Shown one piece after another: positions 48,950 to 58,190 of a stretch of DNA of 64,000 nt (within the stretch, counting starts at the first letter, position 1; the number at the start of each line of letters is the position of its first letter). The stretch is from a bacterium (GTDB lineage Bacteria; JAMCPX01): the NCBI GenBank assembly GCA_021792615.1, contig JAJYUJ010000006.1, positions 15,700 to 79,699 on the forward strand, written 5' to 3'. The notes under the pieces were generated by a model. The model was not told where the DNA came from, made no database searches, and worked only from the letters and a program-made list of their open reading frames with translations. Both the position numbers and the translations under genes were made by a program.

Positions 48950-50225
48950 CTCTCAAAAACTGTAGTTCGTAAAATGCCTTGTAAAAATCAGCCTGGGCAG
49001 TTGCCATATCCATCTGGGTAGTCGTCATGAGCTGCCTGTCCAGCAGGACCTCGTAACTGCTTATCCGGCCTCCGCCGGTGTACCGTGCCTCGGAATACTC
49101 GAAATTTTGTTTGGACAGCTTTATGTCCTTCTGATAAAGGTTTATGCGTTCAACAGCGCTTGCCAGATTTTTTAAGGCATTGCGATAGGAAAGCTCCAGC
49201 TGGTTGACAAGCAATTGTTCGTTAAACTGCACCTTTTCGAGCCGCATTCTGGCTGCTTCCACCCCGTAGGAAACAGCGCCCCACTCGAAAACCGGCAGGT
49301 TAAGCATGGCAAGATAAGAATAGCCGCGGTATTGGCCATAGGCCATGGGCTGCGGCTCAGCCAGCCATCCGGCGTCAGCCTCGATACTCAAGGTGGGCAG
49401 GTGCTTCGCCCTCTGTGCGCTGACATTATATTTCTGAGACCGTTCTTCATACCGTACGGCTTGTAACGCGGGATTCTTGCTGAATATCTGTTCGTTAATT
49501 TCAGAAGAAGCAGATACGGTGAACGGTACCGGTTCGAGCGCCAATACGGTTTGAGGTGTAATGGGAATACCGGTCAAGGACGACAGGGTGTTGAGCTGTG
49601 AAAGCAGTTTTATATCGAATGATTTGAGCCTTGCCCTTGTATTGTCAAGCTCTATCTGCGTCCTGAGCACATCATTCTCCGTCACCAGCCCCGTGGAAAG
49701 AAGCCGCTTTGTCAACGACAGATAATCCCCGAGACTGTTGATATTCTCCTGAAGGATCTTGATCTCTTCTCCATAGGTTACGGCATCTACAAATATATTC
49801 TTGACCGTATAGGCAAGACCGCTCTCCATGGCCTTTTGTTCGTATCGCGCAGATTCAAACGACATCTTCAGTTGTTTTGCCGAAAGCCAGCGTGAAGGGC
49901 TGAACAGGTCTACCTGAGCTACTGCCTGAAGTGAGGCAATGCCTCCGTTCGTTACGGCGGGGTCATATCCATAGGCCCTGCCATAACTTGAGGACAGGCT
50001 TACCGACGGCAGCAGTAACGCACGGGATTGTTTGTATTCGCTGCTCAACAAACCGGTATTGGCACGCGCATAGCCGGACACGGGATAATTGCGGATCGCC
50101 TTCTCGATGCACACCTTCAAGGTAACCGGCGAATCAGCATAACCCGGGCCGGGCGCGGTAACAAAGAGTATTATATTCGTTACCATGAATATCAGGACCA
50201 ACAGCCCCTGCCTTCTTATTTTCAT
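48930..50225 (-). CDS. TolC-family outer-membrane efflux protein
   Basis: Two-repeat TolC architecture with a signal peptide. The start is chosen at MKIRRQG (50225); the ORF-track start is at 50258. Confidence 0.8.
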   Translation of the reverse strand: MKIRRQGLLVLIFMVTNIILFVTAPGPGYADSPVTLKVCIEKAIRNYPVSGYARANTGLLSSEYKQSRALLLPSVSLSSSYGRAYGYDPAVTNGGIASLQAVAQVDLFSPSRWLSAKQLKMSFESARYEQKAMESGLAYTVKNIFVDAVTYGEEIKILQENINSLGDYLSLTKRLLSTGLVTENDVLRTQIELDNTRARLKSFDIKLLSQLNTLSSLTGIPITPQTVLALEPVPFTVSASSEINEQIFSKNPALQAVRYEERSQKYNVSAQRAKHLPTLSIEADAGWLAEPQPMAYGQYRGYSYLAMLNLPVFEWGAVSYGVEAARMRLEKVQFNEQLLVNQLELSYRNALKNLASAVERINLYQKDIKLSKQNFEYSEARYTGGGRISSYEVLLDRQLMTTTQMDMATAQADFYKAFYELQFLRGEIYGR

Positions 50226-50437
50226 ATCCTCTCGTAAATATTTTATTCTTGTATGCATATATTTAGTAAAATTATACCGTAATCATTAAATTTTCAATAA
50301 AATAAGATTAATTTTTTTTAATTTTCCCCTTTTCCCGCTCTGATCCTTTATCCATTTCCCATCACTACTTCCCCCTGCTCTCCTTGTTCCTTGATTATAT
50401 CTGGAATTGTGCTATTGAAGGAAAGCTATATCAGTGC

Positions 50438-53086
50438 ATGAAGGAGGCACAATACGTGAGATGTTTTAAATGTCTTACAGAAGTACCGACAGGAACAGAA
50501 GTCTGTCCGAATTGCGGTCAAGTTCTTATACCAAAGGCAGCAAAGAAGAACAAAGAGACAAAAGACCCTGCCGGTACCCAGATTAAACAAAAAGAGTATC
50601 AGATAGGCGACACGATAAAGGACCGCTATGAGGTCAGGGGGGAACTGGGCAAAAAAGGTACGGGATTCACGTATAAGGTTCGGGATAAAGAAAAGAAAAA
50701 GACCTTCGTGCTCAAACAGATACATTCTTCACTGATAACTTCGGATGAATCAAAGGCGCGTTTTTTTGATATTATAAAAGAAGTAATCAAGATGAACCTG
50801 CATGAGGTCGTCTCAATCCATGATTACGGGGAAGACAATGGAGCAATCTATTTTGTTTCCGAATACATAGAAGGACTCACGCTGAGAAAGCTGCTGGACG
50901 TCAGAAAAGAGATGAAACAGTTTTTCAAAGGCGAAGAACTCGAATCCATACTCACGCAGATATGCAAGGCACTTATTACAGCCCATAATCACGGGGTTAT
51001 ACACGGAGATCTGAAACCCGAGAATATATTCATATTGCCCAGCGGTCTTAAGATTACGGAATTCGGTATAACCGGCTCTTTCTCACCGCTCGATTTTACA
51101 TCGATCCAGCAGGACATGGGTGACGCTTACAAGTATATAGCACCCGAAATCGTTATCGGCGGTAACCTGTCAAAATCAAGCGATATCTATTCACTCGGCG
51201 CTATAGTTTATGAGATGCTTACCGGTGTAATACCCGGAAGTGTCGTAAATCCGCTGAACACTTACAACAGTGAACTTCCTCCGGCTGCTAACGATATCGT
51301 CCTCAAAGCACTACGTCAGGATCCTGAACAGAGAACTCAATACGTATTTGAATTTTACAAAAATTTACTCGAAAGTCTCGATCAAAAAGCAGGTATTTTC
51401 GAAGAAAAGCCGTGGATAACGAAACAAACGGCAGAAACAGAACAGACCGGAAAACTACAAACTGAGGTAGACGAAGAACTACTCATGTACGTGGAGACCG
51501 GCAGGACAGCCCCGGCACCTGCATCTGACAAACAAGGACCTGTTTCAAAAGAAGAGAAACCTGCACCACCGGCACCGGAAAAAAATGAAGTACCGCAACC
51601 TGAACCGCCAAAACCGTCAACCTCCGCACAACCGGAGCAGGAACAACAACCGGAAAAAGAAAAATCAGCGGAAGAAATCAAAGAATCAACCCGGGAACCG
51701 GGTCCGCAGGCCGCAGAAGCAACAAAACAGATTCCTCCTGCTGAACATCAACACGGTAATGAGGAACGTGTCATCGCAAAACCCGCAGAGCAACCCGTAA
51801 AAGAAGAAATTTCGGGAGAAAAGATAGAAGCAGAAAAAATACAACCCGCGCCTGAACCTGCTGTCACAGAGCAGCCAAAACAAGAAATGTCAAAACAACA
51901 GGAAGAAATCTCCAGGACAATTCCGGAGGTAATTCCGGAAAAGATTGAACAAACAAAGCCTGAACCGGAACAAACCGGGATAGATGATATTGCCAAACAT
52001 CTGGGGATAATCACCGAAGAGCTCCAGGGCACAAAACCAATTAAACCAAAACCAGCGGGACCTGTTCAGGAAAAGCCTCCTGTTTCTCAAAGTCAGGTTG
52101 ACAAGTCTGCTCCTCAGAGGGTCGAACCTGCTCCGGCCAGGCAGATACCGCCAAAATCAGCACCGGTGGCAGCTACCTTGGAGACGAAGAAAAAACCGGC
52201 AGTACTGTTGATTGCAGGTACCATCGTACTCGCTGCCGCGGCATTAATAGTTACCGGATGGTTTTTGTTAAAATCTCCTTCAAAAGAGGTTTCCGGTGTT
52301 ACACCTCCAAAAACGAATAAAGCAATCGAGACGAATACGAAACCAGTCACGGCTGCAGAACATGCGGTTACCGGAACTGTGGTACAAGCCAAACCTCCTG
52401 TCGAAAGGCAGGAAGTGAAAAAACAGGAGATAAAAAAACCGGTTGAACGGCCGCGCCGGGAAAAAAAGATTGCAGCGGCACCAAAACCATTACCCCCGAA
52501 ATGTCCTGCCGATATGGCATATATACCCTCGGGCAGCTTCATCATGGGTAGCAGCCCTTCGGACCCGCTGAGGGACTTTTCCGAAAAACCTGACGTACGG
52601 ACATACGTCCGGTCATTCTGCATCGATAAATACGAGTATCCTGACCAGGAAGGCGTTATTCCGCAAACGAATGTAAGCTTCTATAAGGCAGAAAGGTTGT
52701 GCAGGGCTGAAGGCAAACAATTGTGTTCAGAGGATGAGTGGGAAAAGGCATGCAAAGGTCCCTCTTCATTAAAGTATCCTTACGGTAATGTATGGAATTC
52801 CGCGAAATGTGACACGCAGAACAAGGATGGAACAAACAGATCCATAGTGCCGTCAGGCACCTACAGAGCATGCGTAAGCGGCTATGGAGTATATGATATG
52901 AGCGGAAATGTGATGGAATGGACCGACAACATTTTTTCGCCACAGGATACAACTGATAAGGTCGTCAAAGGCGGATCTTTCACGAAACCCGATTGGGCAA
53001 CACGATGCGCATACCGGTACAATATGCTTCCGACCTCAACGAGCAATGAGGTTGGCTTCAGATGCTGCAAACCGCCGGAAAGATAA
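50438..53086 (+). CDS. multidomain membrane protein: Zn-ribbon + Ser/Thr-kinase-like domain (atypical HGD/EFG motifs) + P/E/K-rich linker + TM helix + extracytoplasmic FGE-sulfatase (SUMF1-like) domain
   Basis: The Zn-ribbon is CFKC...CPNC. The kinase subdomains are present (GELGKKGTG, VLK, HGDLKPEN, ITEFG, APE) but with R->G in HRD and D->E in DFG. A ~300-aa low-complexity linker (PEPPKPSTSAQPEQEQQPEKEK...) follows, then a TM helix (VLLIAGTIVLAAAALIVTGWFLL). The C-terminal FGE domain has GNVMEWT and the paired Cys signature TRCAYRY...GFRCC. The start is either ATG 50438 or GTG 50456 after AAGGAGG. Confidence 0.8.
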   Translation: MKEAQYVRCFKCLTEVPTGTEVCPNCGQVLIPKAAKKNKETKDPAGTQIKQKEYQIGDTIKDRYEVRGELGKKGTGFTYKVRDKEKKKTFVLKQIHSSLITSDESKARFFDIIKEVIKMNLHEVVSIHDYGEDNGAIYFVSEYIEGLTLRKLLDVRKEMKQFFKGEELESILTQICKALITAHNHGVIHGDLKPENIFILPSGLKITEFGITGSFSPLDFTSIQQDMGDAYKYIAPEIVIGGNLSKSSDIYSLGAIVYEMLTGVIPGSVVNPLNTYNSELPPAANDIVLKALRQDPEQRTQYVFEFYKNLLESLDQKAGIFEEKPWITKQTAETEQTGKLQTEVDEELLMYVETGRTAPAPASDKQGPVSKEEKPAPPAPEKNEVPQPEPPKPSTSAQPEQEQQPEKEKSAEEIKESTREPGPQAAEATKQIPPAEHQHGNEERVIAKPAEQPVKEEISGEKIEAEKIQPAPEPAVTEQPKQEMSKQQEEISRTIPEVIPEKIEQTKPEPEQTGIDDIAKHLGIITEELQGTKPIKPKPAGPVQEKPPVSQSQVDKSAPQRVEPAPARQIPPKSAPVAATLETKKKPAVLLIAGTIVLAAAALIVTGWFLLKSPSKEVSGVTPPKTNKAIETNTKPVTAAEHAVTGTVVQAKPPVERQEVKKQEIKKPVERPRREKKIAAAPKPLPPKCPADMAYIPSGSFIMGSSPSDPLRDFSEKPDVRTYVRSFCIDKYEYPDQEGVIPQTNVSFYKAERLCRAEGKQLCSEDEWEKACKGPSSLKYPYGNVWNSAKCDTQNKDGTNRSIVPSGTYRACVSGYGVYDMSGNVMEWTDNIFSPQDTTDKVVKGGSFTKPDWATRCAYRYNMLPTSTSNEVGFRCCKPPER

Positions 53087-53098
53087 GAACGTTATTGT

Positions 53099-54352
53099 AT
53101 GAACACCTCTGCCTCGTATATTTTGATCGCGTATGTGTTTGTAGCGATATGCGGCTATTGGCTTGAACACCTGAAACTTTCATACCTGAAAAGATACGGT
53201 ACTGTTGTTCCGCCTGAATTTGCAGGCAGTATCGATCAAAAGCTGCTGGACAGCTCAAGCAGGTATACCATCGAATCGACAAAGTTCGGCATCGCTTCAT
53301 CCCTGTTCAGCAATGTTCTGCTTATAGCGTTTTTCTTTACAGGCATTCTCGGCACCTTTACTGCATGGATCGCTTCCCTCCATCTGAACTTTATCGTGGC
53401 TGGTATTGTCTTTTTTTTACTGCTTGTTTACGCAGATACCTTCCTGACAATCCCTTTCAGCGTGTATCAGACATTTAAGATAGAAAAAAAATTCGGCTTC
53501 AATACGATGACGGCAAAATTATGGCTCACGGATTTCGTAAAATCCCTTCTCGTATCGACGGTGCTTCTCTCTTTAATCACAGCAGCCGGTCTCTGGCTTA
53601 TTGAAAAAAGCCCCTTGCATTGGTGGCTGTGGGTATGGCTTTTCTTTCTCATATTCAGTATCTTCATGATGTATATCTCTCCCTATGTGATAGAGCCGTT
53701 GTTTAACAAGTTTCGTCCTGTTGAAGATGAAAACCTCAAAGCGGGCATTCAGGAACTGACGGAAAAGGTCGGCGTTAAGATCAGCAAGATCCTCAAAATG
53801 GACGCATCGAAAAGGACAAAGCATACCAACGCCTATTTCACCGGCATCGGAAGGGTCAAAAGGGTCGTCCTCTTTGATACACTCCTGAACTCGATGAGCA
53901 CGGAGGAGATCATCGTGGTCCTGGGACACGAGCTCGGACATTGGAAAAAGAAGCATGTCTTAAAGCAATTGGTCCTTATGGAGGCGATTTCTCTGGCAGT
54001 GCTCTACCTGTCCTTTCGGTTGATGCAGGGCAGCCTTTTGCTCAATTGGTTCGGTATCTCCACAAACAGCCAGTTTGCAAAGATAGCGATCCTTATGTTT
54101 CTTGGTACGATTGCGGCATTCCCGTTTACGCCGGCGTTTAACCTCTTCTCCAGAAGGCATGAAAGGGAAGCAGACACCTTCGCCTGTGAACTCACCGACA
54201 ATCCGGACGCCATGATCAGCGCACTGGTAAAGCTTTCAAAGGACAACCTCTCAAACCTCCACCCCCACCCGGTATACAGCGCCTTCTACTATTCCCACCC
54301 GCCGGTAACCGAGAGAATACAACACATCAAGGAGTGGAAAAAATCCCGGTAG
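53099..54352 (+). CDS. M48-family Zn-metalloprotease, Ste24/CAAX-prenyl-protease-like (multi-TM)
   Basis: 417 aa with 6-7 N-terminal TM helices, then HELGHW (HEXXH) and the downstream E of the zincin motif. It lies 12 nt after the kinase-FGE gene. Confidence 0.8.
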   Translation: MNTSASYILIAYVFVAICGYWLEHLKLSYLKRYGTVVPPEFAGSIDQKLLDSSSRYTIESTKFGIASSLFSNVLLIAFFFTGILGTFTAWIASLHLNFIVAGIVFFLLLVYADTFLTIPFSVYQTFKIEKKFGFNTMTAKLWLTDFVKSLLVSTVLLSLITAAGLWLIEKSPLHWWLWVWLFFLIFSIFMMYISPYVIEPLFNKFRPVEDENLKAGIQELTEKVGVKISKILKMDASKRTKHTNAYFTGIGRVKRVVLFDTLLNSMSTEEIIVVLGHELGHWKKKHVLKQLVLMEAISLAVLYLSFRLMQGSLLLNWFGISTNSQFAKIAILMFLGTIAAFPFTPAFNLFSRRHEREADTFACELTDNPDAMISALVKLSKDNLSNLHPHPVYSAFYYSHPPVTERIQHIKEWKKSR

Positions 54353-54423
54353 CTCCCCGTTCCTGCTTCCCCCAATAAGATTCTTCAATTCCCCTTTACC
54401 TAGAGTGGCGAGAATTGTATTCC

Positions 54424-54500
54424 GTCATTGCGATGCGTCATCGGTGCAGAAGCAATCTCTCCCTTCCCTGTCATTCCCGTAAAAACGGGAATCCAGTTCC
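54424..54500. repeat. composite hairpin repeat copy E (GTCATTGCGA...GAAGCAATCTC + GTCATTCCCGTAAAAACGGGAATCCAGTTCC)
   Basis: It joins both repeat sub-families and has a perfect stem CCCGT/ACGGG. It generates the spurious ORF 54400-54612 (..IPVFTGMTGKGE..). Confidence 0.75.
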
Positions 54501-54633
54501 AACCCAGTTCTTTCTTATTCTCTATGCTCAATCTTTGAAAGCCTTGTTTCGTGATCATCAAGCTTAGCGGAGGGTTTTTTATCCCCGATTCATTCTCTTG
54601 CCTTTTCCGCATGCATCATGCTATCTGCAAATC

Positions 54634-55959
54634 ATGCGTTCCAATGCCCTTGTATACGTAATCTCCATCTTAATGGCTCTCTTCATCGGCTGGTCAATGT
54701 TCAACCCCCATTTCAGCGGTTCGATGGAATACCTGCTCATGGTTGTATTCTTCGTCATGCTCGCATGGATTATCCTTGTAATCTTCGTCCCTGACCGCAG
54801 GGAAAGAAACTATATTTTCTCCATATTCCTATTGGCTCTTTTTCTAAGAATACTCGTCTCTTTTCTTATTCATACCTTACTTCCGCTTGGCTATTTTGCA
54901 CCGGATGAGCCGGGTACGATCTTGAACGGAAGAATAACTGCAGAATATTGGAGAGGATCTACCACAATACAGGGCGTAAAAGGGAGTGTATTTGATATTG
55001 CCGGAATCGTTTTTTATATCTTCGGTTACAACCCAAATATCTTATTTTTACTTGCGAACTTCCTCGGTGCAATGACAGTTCTGAATGCCTATTTTATAAC
55101 AAAGCGCCTGTTCAATGAGCAGTCAGCACGTTATAGTGCATTGGCAGTAACCATTTTGCCATCACTTATACTCTGGTCTTCCATGCCTTTAAAGGATGTA
55201 TACTCACAGTTCTTAATTACATCCATCATGCACATGACTTTAAGAGTCAAAGAACGCTTCAGACTCAATAATGTTGCAATTATTATAGCCTTGATAGCAT
55301 TGATTGGGTTTGTACGGGCATATCTTATGTTCATCGTCTTAGTTGCTATTGCAGGGACATTTATCCCTGTACGCAAAGAAACCTTTTTAAGGAATACAAT
55401 TATTATTACTATTTTTGCTATGGCATTTGTTGTGTTTTTTTCATCATACTCGTCAAAACAAGCCTCTCTCTTTGGGAATACCCCGGAAACCACATTCCAA
55501 ACACTGCAACAAACCAGACAAGGCTTTTATTCGGGTGGATCTAAAATGCTCGGACATATCAATGTTGCAAGCCCTGTCAATGCTTTATTGTATTTACCTC
55601 TCCTTTTAGCTGCTTTTTTTCTTGCTCCCTTCCCATGGGACGTAACCGGAAGTATATTGCATAACCTTGCAACTGCAGAAAGCATCGTATGGTATTATCT
55701 TTTCTATTACGCAATAAAGGCCATTATTCGATCATTTAAAGAAGGCAATTTCGATACATTGCCTGTGCTCGTCATGGTTGGCGTTTTATCTATTGCTTAT
55801 GCGCTTGCAATCAGTAATATGGGCGCGGCGTATCGTTTCCGTGGACAGGTTTCTGTCCTGCTGCTGGTCTTCACAGGCTATGGACTTTATTTAAGGAAGC
55901 AGAAACACCTAATAAAACATGCCCTGCCTGATGAACCAAACTCCCCTTCTTCCCCCTGA
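54634..55959 (+). CDS. polytopic membrane protein, putative GT-C-type glycosyltransferase or glycan polymerase (family unassigned), tandem paralog 1
   Basis: About 441 aa with ~11 TM helices and an acidic periplasmic-loop motif YFAPDEPGT after TM3. It is a paralog of the next gene. The start is taken at MRSNALV. Confidence 0.55.
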   Translation: MRSNALVYVISILMALFIGWSMFNPHFSGSMEYLLMVVFFVMLAWIILVIFVPDRRERNYIFSIFLLALFLRILVSFLIHTLLPLGYFAPDEPGTILNGRITAEYWRGSTTIQGVKGSVFDIAGIVFYIFGYNPNILFLLANFLGAMTVLNAYFITKRLFNEQSARYSALAVTILPSLILWSSMPLKDVYSQFLITSIMHMTLRVKERFRLNNVAIIIALIALIGFVRAYLMFIVLVAIAGTFIPVRKETFLRNTIIITIFAMAFVVFFSSYSSKQASLFGNTPETTFQTLQQTRQGFYSGGSKMLGHINVASPVNALLYLPLLLAAFFLAPFPWDVTGSILHNLATAESIVWYYLFYYAIKAIIRSFKEGNFDTLPVLVMVGVLSIAYALAISNMGAAYRFRGQVSVLLLVFTGYGLYLRKQKHLIKHALPDEPNSPSSP

Positions 55960-56135
55960 TATGGGGGATTTAAGGGGGTTGAGAGCCCGGACTGAAGAGT
56001 CACCACTGTTCTGTCATTATGATGCTCAGTCAAAGAATCTGCCTTTTCTCTCCGGAATTATAATCTCCGGCGACATTCCTCGCTCCTCCATTCCTTCTTC
56101 TTGCCTTTTCTGCAAGCAACATGCTATCTGAAAAC

Positions 56136-57482
56136 ATGCGTTCGAACCTCGTTATAAACATAATCTTTATTACAAGTGCCATGGTACTTGGATGGTTTCT
56201 GTTCAATCCGAGTTACAGCGATCCTATAGAATACCTTCTTATGCTTGTATTTTTTGTATTGATTGCATGGATTATATTGGTAACTTTTGTCCCTGATCAA
56301 AAAGAACGGGGCTACCTTATATCTATTTTCTTAATTGCGCTGGCATTAAGGATGCTTGTATCCCTGCTTGTCCATGCACTGCTTCCCCCGGGCTATTTTG
56401 CACCGGATGAACCCGGCACACTCATGAATGGAAGGATGATTGCTGAATCATGGTCAGGCAATGCCATGCCGTATAACTTTCATGGAGGTATATATGCTAT
56501 TGCCGGGGCTGTGTTTTATATCTTCGGCTATAAACCAAATATCTTATTTTTACTTGCGAACTTCCTCGGTGCATTGACTGTCTTAAATGCCTATTTTATA
56601 ACAAAGCGCCTGTTCAATGCGCAGTCGGCACGCTACACCGCTATGGTTGTAACCATATTACCGTCGCTTATTTTATGGTCGTCCATGCCATTAAAAGACA
56701 TTTATTCGCAGTTTGCTATTACATCCATCATACACCTGACTCTGAGGATTAAGGAGCACTTCAGAATAAGCAATCTTATGCTTATTTTATTCTTGATTGC
56801 ATTTGTTGGATTCATTAGAGAATATCTTGTGATTATCGTTTTAATGGCTATTGCAGCTACCTTTATTCCTGTACGCAAAGAAACCTTTATCCGGAATGCA
56901 ATTGTTATAGCGGTTTTTGCCTTGTCATTTGCATTGTTCTTTTCATCGTATGAGGCGAAACAGGTGCCCAATCATGGAGAAAAATCAGGAGGTACATTTC
57001 AGACACTGCAACAAACCAGACAGGGGTTTTATCAGGGGGGCTCAAAGATACTTGGACACATAAATATATCCAATCCAATCAATGCACTTCTGTATTCGCC
57101 TTTGCTCTTAGCAGTTTTTTTTCTTGCGCCCTTCCCGTGGCAGATCTCGGGCAGTATATTGCATAACCTCGCAACAGCAGAAAGTCTCGTATGGTATTAT
57201 TTTTTTTATTACGCAATAAAAGCTATTATACGATCATTTAAAGAAGGAAAATTTGACGTGATGCCTGTGCTGGTTATGATCGGAGTATTATCAGTTGCTT
57301 ACGCACTTGCAATATCGAATATCGGTGCGGCATACCGTTTCAGGGCACAGGTTTCAGTGCTTTTTTTGGTCTTTACAGGCTATGGACTTTATTTAAGGAA
57401 GCAGGAACATCTAATAAAATATGCCCTGCCTGATGGACCAAAAGTTTCTTCCGCTTATCCGACAACCCCAAATAAGATGTAA
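56136..57482 (+). CDS. polytopic membrane protein, tandem paralog 2 of 54634-55959
   Basis: About 70% identical to paralog 1 over its full length (YFAPDEPGTLMNGR, FLLANFLGA.TVLNAYFITKRLFN.QSARY..., NLATAES.VWYY.FYYAIKAIIRSFKEG.FD). Confidence 0.55.
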   Translation: MRSNLVINIIFITSAMVLGWFLFNPSYSDPIEYLLMLVFFVLIAWIILVTFVPDQKERGYLISIFLIALALRMLVSLLVHALLPPGYFAPDEPGTLMNGRMIAESWSGNAMPYNFHGGIYAIAGAVFYIFGYKPNILFLLANFLGALTVLNAYFITKRLFNAQSARYTAMVVTILPSLILWSSMPLKDIYSQFAITSIIHLTLRIKEHFRISNLMLILFLIAFVGFIREYLVIIVLMAIAATFIPVRKETFIRNAIVIAVFALSFALFFSSYEAKQVPNHGEKSGGTFQTLQQTRQGFYQGGSKILGHINISNPINALLYSPLLLAVFFLAPFPWQISGSILHNLATAESLVWYYFFYYAIKAIIRSFKEGKFDVMPVLVMIGVLSVAYALAISNIGAAYRFRAQVSVLFLVFTGYGLYLRKQEHLIKYALPDGPKVSSAYPTTPNKM

Positions 57483-57670
57483 TACCCCAAGTGAATATCC
57501 AAAATCTACTGAACCATCATCCAATGGTATGTGATCAACACTTGCCCGATGGAATACACAATTATTAACCCGAAAAATGCGTCTGAAAAATAAGGAAGTT
57601 TATGCAATGAGCGATAAGCCCGCGTCAAACAAAGGTATGCTTCGAAAATCCGATAAGGAAACCATACCGG

Positions 57671-58181
57671 GTAATAGCATATAAACCCCGTTAGAAATGT
57701 TAGAATAATACAGATATTTTAATGAACGGGTGTTCGCCGCAATCCACGCTATTTATAGCGTGGTAAAGGCGAACTATTCGATTGATATATTCCATACCGA
57801 CGAAGAATTCATGCCGTTTACGGCGTGGTTCTTCAATTTTAAATCTATTGTTGTACAAATTATCGTCTGCTGAGTTTCTAACGGGGTAAACATACAGAGG
57901 ACTAAAAGCTCGTTCCTATAAGGAAACTTATAGATATCAGGTGGATCGCGGGATTGAGCGAATAAGGAAACTTCCTTATTGCATTTTTCAGGTTAAACAA
58001 TTTTAGATTTCCCCGCGCTACATTTAATGCTTCTTCACTGGGATCTATACAGTACAAAGTTCCAATGCGGGGAGCTACAAACTTTGCCTACCTAACCGTT
58101 TGAAAATAATGGTGTTTTTGAAATCACCATCATCGCAAGTCTTTATAGTACTTTGTTCTCTAACGGGGTTTACAGAATACC
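57671..58181. repeat. ORF-free hairpin-rich segment bounded by inverted copies of a TCTAACGGGGTTT motif (MITE-like or structured-RNA locus)
   Basis: The motif copies are at 57671-57697 (inverted), 57875-57897 and 58156-58181. Internal perfect hairpins include GTTCGCC..CCACGCTAT-TT-ATAGCGTGG..GGCGAAC (about 57725-57775), GCCGTTTACGGC and AATAAGGAAACTTCCTTATT. No ORF of at least 60 aa lies on either strand. Confidence 0.45.
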
Positions 58182-58190
58182 GCCTCTCTA

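Noticed and set aside
51382-52623. Several minus-strand and plus-strand small ORFs and apparent DNA repetitiveness in the kinase linker
   Set aside because: They lie inside the P/E/K-rich low-complexity coding segment of the kinase-FGE gene. The apparent repeats are codon-level low complexity, not a repeat element or CRISPR.
54400-54612. 70-aa minus-strand ORF
   Set aside because: It is encoded by hairpin repeat copy E (IPVFTGMTGKGE). Artefact.
57483-58190. CRISPR array hypothesis for the repeated TCTAACGGGG motif
   Set aside because: There are only three copies with irregular spacing (about 200 and 280 bp), mixed orientation and no cas genes. This is not CRISPR-like.
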